Made by a program: the position numbers and the translations under genes
Source of the DNA: Bdellovibrionota bacterium
Lineage (GTDB): Bacteria; Bdellovibrionota_C; UBA2361; CALJRW01
Assembly: GCA_041740355.1 (NCBI GenBank)
Contig: JBGSMD010000046.1
Location: forward strand, 1 to 64,000
Direction: 5' to 3'
DNA: 64,000 nucleotides
Shown: positions 49,319-57,309 of the stretch, one piece after another
How the letters are laid out: every line of letters begins with the position of its first letter
Position numbering within the stretch: the stretch's first letter is position 1
The notes under the pieces: generated by a model
The model's database searches: none
What the model saw: the letters and a program-made list of their open reading frames with translations, nothing else
What the model was told of the DNA's origin: nothing

Positions 49319-50974
49319 ATGTCCTATCTGGTAATTGCTCGTAAGTATCGCCCAGAAACATTCTCTGAAGTTAGTGGCCAAATTCATGTTACCAGAACAC
49401 TTGGCAATGCCATTAGCCGCAATAAAGTTGCGCATGCCTATCTTTTTTGTGGACCAAGAGGAGTTGGAAAAACTTCTATCGCTCGAATTTTTGCTAAATC
49501 CTTAAACTGTGAACAAGGACCAACTTCCACACCATGTCTAAAATGTAGTAATTGTTTAGAGATTAAAGCAGGCAAGAGTTTAGCAGTTAGAGAAATCGAC
49601 GGAGCCTCTCATAACAGCGTTGATGATGTTCGCGATTTAATTGATAACTTTCGTACTCTCCCTCCCCCCAATTCTAAAAATAAAATTTACATCATCGACG
49701 AAGTACACATGCTAAGTACTGCCGCATTTAATGCTTTACTCAAAAGCTTAGAAGAGCCACCACCAAACACAATTTTTATTTTAGCAACTACTGAGGCGCA
49801 TAAGATTCTACCTACAGTACTTTCACGTTGTCAGCGTTTTGACTTAAGAGCTCTACCAATTGATGAAGTACAGTCTTGCTTACAAGCTATTTGCCGTGAA
49901 GAGAAAGTAAAAATTTCCGGCGAATCTCTGCGGATGATTGCTCGACTTTCAGATGGCTCGCTGCGTGATGCACAATCGCTGTTGGAAAGAGTTCTAGCTT
50001 TTTCCAGTGAAGACGTGTCCTTAGATGATACTGCTTTAGCTCTTGGGACAGTAGGCAAAAATCAACTCTTGCTTCTTTCTCAAGCAATCTTTAATCGTGA
50101 TGTTGAAGCAGCGCTTGAAAAATTATCAGAAGTTTTTGCTACAGGCTTAGACTCTAGCTTATTTCTTAAGGAGTTTGTTACTCACTGGCACGAACTTTTA
50201 ATTGCAAAATTTGCAGGCAAAAAAGAACTGATGGCTTTGGGGATAGAAGAAGATTGCCAAAGCGAATTACTAAGACAGGTAGAACCAGTAGCCAAAAGCG
50301 ATCTACAAGATTTGGTTGATTTAGCTAGAAGGGGCGCGGACCAAGCACTACGAAGTTCTTACTTGAAATTTTCCTTAGAAAGCTTAATCGTTCGTTTAGC
50401 AACACGCATACCAGTATTAGATTTTGCTGAAGTTCTAAACAACCTGAGCGGCGGTGAGGCTCAAAAAAAAAAGCCTCTAGTATTAGCAGAAGTTAAGACT
50501 ACTCCAATTTCGAAAACACCGATCCGAGTTGCTACTCCAATAAAGCCAACTGCGCCCATTACATCTGCAGCAGTTGCTAGTAAGTCTGGTACTGAATTTG
50601 TTTGGAGAGATTTTCTTGACTATGTGAATAAGATTGCTCAGCCCGTAATGATGGAGAGCTTAAAAAGAATTTCCGTAGATCGTTTTGTATACCCGCAGCT
50701 TCAAGCAAGTGCTAATGACCTCAGCTTAAAGTATTTTAACATTCCCACCAATTTAGCTCGGCTTAAAGTAATCCTTAAGGATTTTACTAAGCTTGATGAA
50801 TGGCAAATTAAACTTAGCTTAGCTGAACAAGCAAACTACATTCCAGGAAGTGTTCATCATCAAGAAGCCAAAAGTCGCTTTAAGGATAAGCAAAATAGAA
50901 TCGCGGAAATTCTTGAAGATCCCAATGTTAAAGCAATGAAGGAATTATTTCCGGGTAGCGAAATTGATCGTTAG
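49319..50974 (+). CDS. dnaX: DNA polymerase III subunit gamma/tau
   Basis: ARKYRP, GPRGVGKTS, C4 zinc module, IIDEVHMLS, SRCQ, GSLRDA. Confidence 0.97.
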   Translation: MSYLVIARKYRPETFSEVSGQIHVTRTLGNAISRNKVAHAYLFCGPRGVGKTSIARIFAKSLNCEQGPTSTPCLKCSNCLEIKAGKSLAVREIDGASHNSVDDVRDLIDNFRTLPPPNSKNKIYIIDEVHMLSTAAFNALLKSLEEPPPNTIFILATTEAHKILPTVLSRCQRFDLRALPIDEVQSCLQAICREEKVKISGESLRMIARLSDGSLRDAQSLLERVLAFSSEDVSLDDTALALGTVGKNQLLLLSQAIFNRDVEAALEKLSEVFATGLDSSLFLKEFVTHWHELLIAKFAGKKELMALGIEEDCQSELLRQVEPVAKSDLQDLVDLARRGADQALRSSYLKFSLESLIVRLATRIPVLDFAEVLNNLSGGEAQKKKPLVLAEVKTTPISKTPIRVATPIKPTAPITSAAVASKSGTEFVWRDFLDYVNKIAQPVMMESLKRISVDRFVYPQLQASANDLSLKYFNIPTNLARLKVILKDFTKLDEWQIKLSLAEQANYIPGSVHHQEAKSRFKDKQNRIAEILEDPNVKAMKELFPGSEIDR

Positions 50975-51109
50975 AATCGCTTCTTTTTTTCAATAAATTT
51001 ACCCCTATCTGCACTAGCCAAATCGATCCTTCGGTGCTAAATTTGCATACTGTAGTATGACAATTTTTCTTATGTCATATTTAAAAATTAATTTTTTTTG
51101 GTATTAGTT

Positions 51110-51457
51110 ATGAACAAAGGACGAGGCGGATTTCCAGGCGGTGGTGGTGGCGGAGTTGGTGATTTAATTAACCAAGCTAAGCAAATGCAAGCCAAATTAG
51201 AAAGTGCCCATGGTGAAGCACAACAATATTCGGAAGAAGGACAATCTGGTGGTGGAATGGTTAAGGTTGTAGCTAAAGGTGATAACAAGATTGTTAGCAT
51301 TACAATTAATCCAGAAGTACTAGATCCTAATGACGTGGAAATGTTACAAGATATGATCTTGGCTGCAACAAACGATGCTTTAACAAAAGTTCAAGCAAAA
51401 GTTCAAAGTGTATTAACAAACATTACTGGCGGAATGAGTATCCCAGGATTATTCTAA
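51110..51457 (+). CDS. ybaB: YbaB/EbfC nucleoid-associated protein
   Basis: QAKQMQ, SGGGMVKV, DVEMLQDMILAATNDA. dnaX-ybaB-recR synteny. Confidence 0.95.
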   Translation: MNKGRGGFPGGGGGGVGDLINQAKQMQAKLESAHGEAQQYSEEGQSGGGMVKVVAKGDNKIVSITINPEVLDPNDVEMLQDMILAATNDALTKVQAKVQSVLTNITGGMSIPGLF

Positions 51458-51648
51458 ATCCGATAGTGCTTAACGACTTAAATTGGGATAGTAAGTTTAA
51501 TCTTCTATCAGGATTCGCAATCTGTCAGACCTTTGGTCTGGCTGAAAGTTTTTAAGGTTAAGCACTATATGTTATTGGCCTCGCCTTCGCTCGGCATAGA
51601 GTGCCTAAAGAAAGATTTTAATTTATATCGTTTGTTGCGATAGGCACT

Positions 51649-52245
51649 ATGCAGTATCTCCCTAAGTCATTACAACGTTTAATTTCTGAATTGAACAAAC
51701 TACCAAGCGTCGGCGGAAAATCCGCCGCTCGCTTGGCTTATCACCTAATTAATCATCCCCAAAACGCCGATGCTTTAGCTGCTGCCATGCGCGATGCCGC
51801 TGGGTCACTGCAACAATGTAAGCAATGTTATTTTATTACGGATGATCAGCTTTGCCTGATTTGCAAAAGCACTAATCGCGATCATTCCCTAGTATGTATT
51901 GTGGAAAAACCAGCTGATTTAATTGCTATTGAGCAAGCTGGTGTTTTTCGCGGATTTTATCACGTCCTCCATCAACTTTGGTCTCCGATACGCGGACAAG
52001 GATTAGATTCCATGCACCTTGCCGAACTAATTGAACGCAGTAAAAAAGAAGAAGTTACAGAAGTAATTATTGCCACAGGAGCAACTGTCGAAGGAGAAGC
52101 AACAGCTCTTTATCTTGCTAGATTATTAAATGATAGCGGCATCAGAGCAACGCGATTAGCTCAAGGCCTACCGAAGGGTGGAGATTTAGAATATCTTGAT
52201 GATGTCACTCTTTCTCGTGCGCTTTCTGGGCGTACAATAATATAG
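51649..52245 (+). CDS. recR: Recombination mediator RecR
   Basis: LPSVGGKSAARLA, C4 zinc finger, GFYHVL, EGEATALY, GGDLEYLD. Confidence 0.97.
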   Translation: MQYLPKSLQRLISELNKLPSVGGKSAARLAYHLINHPQNADALAAAMRDAAGSLQQCKQCYFITDDQLCLICKSTNRDHSLVCIVEKPADLIAIEQAGVFRGFYHVLHQLWSPIRGQGLDSMHLAELIERSKKEEVTEVIIATGATVEGEATALYLARLLNDSGIRATRLAQGLPKGGDLEYLDDVTLSRALSGRTII

Positions 52246-52372
52246 CCTCTACATAATTTTATTGTAGGAAATTTAATTTAAGTCACTTAAATTACAAATA
52301 AATCTATCTATATTGTGCCTGCACTCTCTTGACTTTAATTTATTTTAAGGTAAATTTTCAGTCCACAACTAT

Positions 52373-52445
52373 TCCCCGGTAGCTCAGTTGGTAGAGCAGT
52401 TGACTGTTAATCAATTGGTCGTAGGTTCGAGTCCTTCCCGGGGAG
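52373..52445 (+). tRNA. tRNA-Asn (GTT), CCA not encoded
   Basis: Acceptor stem TCCCCGG/CCGGGGA, D-arm AGCTCAGTTGGTAGAGC, anticodon loop CT-GTT-AA, T-loop GGTTCGAGTCC. Confidence 0.95.
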
Positions 52446-52601
52446 TTTCCTTCTTTTCTAGTCAGAGACCTAATAATTTCACTATTATTTAAGATAAATT
52501 ATAGGAAGATTTTATGATAATTTTCTTATAGCTTTTAAATACTGAATCTGTTGAATTCAAACCATTGCGTGGCAGAAAGAAGCCTGGCTCTAATTTAAAA
52601 A

Positions 52602-52727
52602 TTAATACCAAGAATTGGTAGTGTTAGTAAGGTTTAGTATCGCAGCATTTTTATAGAGTGCCCACGCTCCAAGAATTGTTCCAAATGGCAAGGAAAATAT
52701 TATAATAATATTACAAATTTTTGCCAT
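52602..52727 (-). pseudogene. 41-codon small membrane ORF or 3' remnant of a small membrane-protein gene
   Basis: Translates to MAKICNIIIIFSLPFGTILGAWALYKN..., with GGGAGG 6 nt upstream. An in-frame TAG lies 8 codons upstream of the ATG. Confidence 0.4.
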
Positions 52728-52863
52728 CTTGTGCCTCCCAACTTTCAACTAGAGTTGCCCGGCACGAATTTCAAAATTTCTTATTTTACAAAACAGTATT
52801 ATTCCATTTCCAAAGGTTTGGTTGAGCTTATAGAAGCGTGGCACAAGAGGAATAAGAAAATAA

Positions 52864-53964
52864 TTAAGTAGGTATGGCCGATGTCTTTGGGGTGAATGGC
52901 AGATCCCAAGTATAGGCCATTATAGCAAGAGCTTGATCCACTTTTCGACTTGAGTAATCAGTGAGTATTTGACTTGCTGAGTGGCTTGCTCCGTTCAGGA
53001 GTGCGGTTAACTCTTTTGTACGTGCTGGAAATAGATCAAGTAGAGCAACAATTTCCGAGATGTCTTTGGCGAGTTCCGGAAGTTGAGTTTTGCCATCGAC
53101 ACTAGCCATTGTCTTAAATTTTTCAGCTACGGAAAAAAGTCCAAAGTGTTGGACGTCTTTGCGGCTAACAAAATCTTTTGAAATTCCTAGTTCGTCCGTC
53201 ATACTTACTAGCGCAGCATAAGTATTATGATGCTTGGTGTGATAAAATCTCTGACGATAATCATTCATCCGATTTCCGATGACGCCTAGGAGCTCTTCTT
53301 TGTTAAATGTTTGAGTTTCAAAGATCTTAGCGAGTTGTGTTGCTCCTTTGATTCCTTCTGTAAAAGTCTCCGAGAAAGCCTGAATATTAATGGCATTATC
53401 CATGCTGGATTTAACTGCGTAAAGTACGGAGCGCTGTAGTCCTGGATCTTTTAAGACATCTTTTTCTATCCCAAGTTCTTTGGAGACTTCTAACACATAT
53501 CCAACGACATTCCTGGCACTCTCAGGATTCATTCTTTGAAGTGAATCAGTAAGACTCCCAGCAACAATTACAACAAGATCTTTTTTAGAATATTTTGTTA
53601 AACCAAATTGATTAGCCATCTGTAAAGCAGCTTCTTTCGCCCCAGCTTGAAGTTTTGGGTCGGTGTAATCTTGGTTACTATTGATAGATCCACGATTTTC
53701 AAAATAAGTATCTTTCGCTGCATTAATTGCAGCTCTAAATTTTAGTAATGCTGCTTCTTGCACGCGCTTATCTTTTTGCAGATAGGCAGGAACTTCTCCA
53801 GGAATGTCGATGTCTTGAGCAATAGCTTTAGATAAGATAATTGGTTCGGAATCTTTTCCTAAAAATGCGGCACGAGGTGAGCCGACTTTCGGTAATTTAA
53901 ATTCTAGTGTTGAAAGATCGGTTTTGGCCTGTGAAGTTTTTGGTTCTAATATTGCAGATGACAT
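52864..53964 (-). CDS. Hypothetical alpha-helical protein
   Basis: Long ORF with no signal peptide or recognised motif. ATG at 53964 preferred. Confidence 0.65.
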   Translation of the reverse strand: MSSAILEPKTSQAKTDLSTLEFKLPKVGSPRAAFLGKDSEPIILSKAIAQDIDIPGEVPAYLQKDKRVQEAALLKFRAAINAAKDTYFENRGSINSNQDYTDPKLQAGAKEAALQMANQFGLTKYSKKDLVVIVAGSLTDSLQRMNPESARNVVGYVLEVSKELGIEKDVLKDPGLQRSVLYAVKSSMDNAINIQAFSETFTEGIKGATQLAKIFETQTFNKEELLGVIGNRMNDYRQRFYHTKHHNTYAALVSMTDELGISKDFVSRKDVQHFGLFSVAEKFKTMASVDGKTQLPELAKDISEIVALLDLFPARTKELTALLNGASHSASQILTDYSSRKVDQALAIMAYTWDLPFTPKTSAIPT

Positions 53965-54365
53965 ACAGCTAGTTAAAGATACAACTATGACCTTCATCTG
54001 ACGATTTTTAGATTATGACTCTAAGATTTTAAGGGTTTATGGTATTCCAACCCTATTTTCTGGAGAGAAACATTAAGACATGCTTAAAACCCTTGATTGT
54101 TCATAAGGATAGCAATTTTGCAAAAATAACATTTAATAGATTGAGTAAGTTAAAATTTGCAAAATTGCTGGCCTCGTAAAAAAAGAGGTTTTAAGCAGGT
54201 CTCACATTAAATGATGCAAGTCATGGATACTCCAATTGTCTCCCAGTTAGTACCTAGTCGCATTTAGTTTAATTGGAGTTAGATAACTTAAATCAATTAA
54301 ATTCCAGATAATACAGGGTTTAAATCTAAGATCTCTAGATAGCAACTCTAAGTAAAAACCTGAAT

Positions 54366-54569
54366 TTTATACTCACCGTTTTTCATTTTTGATAAAAAAT
54401 GAAAAGAAAGGTGAGCGAGCAAAATCATGTCGCAGACAGGTTTTGCCGTAGAAAACACCGCTAAACCCTACGCAAATCAGCGGTGAGTATTGGTTTCGTC
54501 TTCTACGGCGTAACTTAGCTAACGCTAAGATTACGCTCGCCCTCCACAAATTTCATTTGCGGAGGGTTT
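54366..54569. mobile_element. 204-bp structured non-autonomous element (MITE-like or ncRNA), family A, copy 2
   Basis: Second copy of 30905-31108 with better-preserved stems. Abuts the stop codon of the VIT1 gene. Confidence 0.8.
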
Positions 54570-55263
54570 ATAATGTGGTTCCAATCAATCTTCCCACTCC
54601 AGCAGTGACCCCCATAGCAAGAGCTCCCCAAAACATAACTCGAAATGCCCCTCTTATCAGAGATGCCCCGCCAGCATATGAGGCTAACAAGCCTAGAATC
54701 AGCAGAGTAAAGAGAGTTGAGATCGTTGTAACAAAACTTACTGAATGAGCTGAAGCAGTTAGTGCTGCTAGAATTGGCACTACCCCTCCAATAGCAAAAG
54801 CAACCGCTGAAGCAAATGCGGCTTGAATTGGGCGGGCTCTGAGCTCCTCAGTTATACCCAGTTCGTCTCTTGTATGCGCAACTAGTGCGTCTACCGCTGT
54901 TAACTGTTGCGCAACTTGCAAGGCAAGAGCGCTATCAAGTCCGCGTTTTACATAAATTTCAGTTAGCTCTTCAAGTTCCTTCTGAGGGTCTTCTGCTAAT
55001 TCTTGTTTTTCTCTATTTAAATCTGCATTTTCCGTGTCTGCCTGGGATTGTACAGAAATATATTCTCCAGCCGCCATCGATAATGCCCCAGCCACGAGTC
55101 CTGCGATTCCGGTCAGAAGAATGTCACTTTGTAAGGCGCCAGCCGCGGCAACACCTACAACAAGACTAGAGATAGAGACTACACCATCATTAGCACCTAA
55201 AACAGACGCTCTAAGCCATCCAATTCTATGTGCCCGGTGGTATTCAATGTGTTGTGAACGCAT
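54568..55263 (-). CDS. VIT1/CCC1 family iron/manganese transporter
   Basis: WLRASVLGANDG, GALSMAAGEYISV, ELTEIYVKRGL, HTRDELG. Confidence 0.95.
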   Translation of the reverse strand: MRSQHIEYHRAHRIGWLRASVLGANDGVVSISSLVVGVAAAGALQSDILLTGIAGLVAGALSMAAGEYISVQSQADTENADLNREKQELAEDPQKELEELTEIYVKRGLDSALALQVAQQLTAVDALVAHTRDELGITEELRARPIQAAFASAVAFAIGGVVPILAALTASAHSVSFVTTISTLFTLLILGLLASYAGGASLIRGAFRVMFWGALAMGVTAGVGRLIGTTL

Positions 55264-55623
55264 AAATAATTATTCTTTGTTAACAAAGCTGGCAGAAAGC
55301 AAACTTCAGAGCGGGGGGCTTGTAGAGCATTACAGTCATATTTCCATTTTGACATTCCAGCCAGTCAACTTACTTCCAGCAACTGATTAATTCACAAATA
55401 TTTTAGTTTATAATCAGCCGCCTAAGGAAATCTTATGATAATTTTAAATTTAGTAACCTGCCTCTAGGTTTAATTATTTTAGGATATCCTAACCAGAAAA
55501 CTTTGTAGATTGAGATTTAGCCTTGAATCGATTTAAGAGTAGCCGGCCTCTCTCCACCATTAACTTCTAAGTCCTTAAGTCAATGGAGGTAAGAGACAGA
55601 CTACTTCCTTATTGAAAACTGGA

Positions 55624-56214
55624 TTAAAAAACATCAGTTGGCGTTTGTGTCATTGCCCAAGTTCCCCAAGCATAGAAGTTAACACCGTTTGTTTCGTTGT
55701 AACCATATAGCGCCCCACCGTAAATTGAGGATGTCGATATGATACTACCGCCATTATCAATAGCGTTATATAAAAAATACCTATCTACTAATTGATCGTC
55801 TAGATTATTTGCCACAGCTTGATAGATACACAAGACTCCTTCTGGTGCAGTTGGGTTACTGAATGACCCGGTGCAGGTAGTATCAGCAACTTCAGGAATT
55901 ACAAAGATAACTGCAGTCGGGGCTGTTTGTAGCTTAACTGGAAAGGAGATCTGTGCAGCAGCGTAATTTTCGGTGCTTCCACCTGATAGATTCCAAACAC
56001 CAGTTTGAGTTACAGGAGCCTTATTTAAATCTGTTAAGGAAGAATAACCTATTGGACAACTTGAGCTTTCTATGGTGATGAGCTTTGGTATTTTTATATT
56101 TACCTTGCCATTAACTACACTAGCTTTTTTGGAATTTTTAAGGCAGATAATTTCTGCTTGCAAATTACTGGTTAGAATAAATAATCCTAAAGTAAGCAGT
56201 ACTAAATTTTTCAT
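55624..56214 (-). CDS. Secreted hypothetical protein (Cys-containing, beta-rich)
   Basis: Signal peptide ending LQA-E, CTGSFSNPTAPEGVLCIY, WGTWAMT. Confidence 0.7.
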   Translation of the reverse strand: MKNLVLLTLGLFILTSNLQAEIICLKNSKKASVVNGKVNIKIPKLITIESSSCPIGYSSLTDLNKAPVTQTGVWNLSGGSTENYAAAQISFPVKLQTAPTAVIFVIPEVADTTCTGSFSNPTAPEGVLCIYQAVANNLDDQLVDRYFLYNAIDNGGSIISTSSIYGGALYGYNETNGVNFYAWGTWAMTQTPTDVF

Positions 56215-56583
56215 TTTTATTTCCTTGAGTAAAAGATTTAGAGTTGAGGCATATGTAGAGATTTTTTCAGGTTAGATGATAGAAATAGGAAAGTAAACAA
56301 GTATTTTGACTCAAGTCATGAGGCTAAGTACCTAGCAATATGACTTTGATCGCAAGGTAATTTTCAAATTAATTATTCAAATAGAGCCAAGCTACTTTAT
56401 TCTAGTAGCTGCTATTTAGTTGTTGTATATTCTTGGTTAAAGCTCCATGTTTCGAAGCTTGTCCGCTAGGGGGAGCTTCCTTTCCTTGCTAATCAGTTAA
56501 CTAAATATGGTTGACTATAGATTTCTTAAAATATCCAAATCTAGTTCTATAATCTTGAGGTGGTTAATTGTTAAGTGGAATTA

Positions 56584-57105
56584 TTATTCCTTTATGGACT
56601 GAAATCCTAATTTTCGTTTTTTAGTTTCTATCGGTTTTTCAAGCTGAGAAATCACAAATCTGATCTCCTGTAATTCCTCGTAATGTTCAGAGAATCCTTT
56701 GGAAACTCTTTGTTCAAGAACTTGAAGTCTTCGCTTCAAATCGGTGTGTTCCTGGGTAACTTCCTTTAATTTTATAAAAACTCGTACTAGCATAATACTA
56801 GCCTGAATTGCTACTTTACTATTTAGTACGTTTGCAGCCATAACAGCTCCATACTCAGTAAAGACTCTTGGGGGTTTACGTCTTCCCCCATGTACATAAC
56901 TTGAAGTCGCAATTTGCGACTTCAAGTTTGTAACTTCTTGAATAGCCAGAGAAAACATAAAGTCAGAGGGGAATCTTTCCAAGTTTCTAATAACCTGTTC
57001 GTTAAGGCGTTTCGTGATGACACCATAAAGATCAGCCAAGTCGCTATCTAAAATAACCCTTTGACCATTAACTATAATAATTCTTGTTTCAATTTCTTGT
57101 GAGAT
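56584..57105 (-). CDS. ORF6N (KilA-N-like) DNA-binding domain protein, start codon unclear
   Basis: The upstream frame extends to IETRIIIVNGQRVILDSDLADLYGV, followed by RNLERFPSDFMF and GGRRKPPRVFTEYGAVMAANVLNS. No ATG before the next upstream stop. Confidence 0.8.
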   Translation of the reverse strand: MSQEIETRIIIVNGQRVILDSDLADLYGVITKRLNEQVIRNLERFPSDFMFSLAIQEVTNLKSQIATSSYVHGGRRKPPRVFTEYGAVMAANVLNSKVAIQASIMLVRVFIKLKEVTQEHTDLKRRLQVLEQRVSKGFSEHYEELQEIRFVISQLEKPIETKKRKLGFQSIKE

Positions 57106-57213
57106 TATGCAGTGAAAATCGAGATAATTTGCGAAAAGTTTCTGAATATTTTAGCGAACTCTTCGGTGCACTATTAATGGTTAGCTTAGATAAATGATAT
57201 AGGTTTAAAAAGT

Positions 57214-57309
57214 TGCCTGGCTCCAGCTAAAAAAAAATGGCTGTGTGCTTGGCTCCAGTTAAAACTTAAAAACTTGAGTCAATGGCTGAGTGCCTGACTC
57301 TAGTTTTAA
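57214..57309. repeat. Three short imperfect direct repeats
   Basis: TGCCTGGCTCCAGCTAAAA / AATGGCTGTGTGCTTGGCTCCAGTTAAAA / AATGGCTGAGTGCCTGACTCTAGTTTTAA. Confidence 0.6.

Noticed and set aside
747-56275. Numerous short antisense or alternate-frame ORFs in the track (e.g. 747, 20095, 27674, 38132, 43350, 54870, 55034)
   Set aside because: They overlap well-supported genes and show no motifs or RBS support.
57214-57309. Possible CRISPR mini-array
   Set aside because: The units are degenerate, the spacers are too short and unequal, and no cas genes are in the window.
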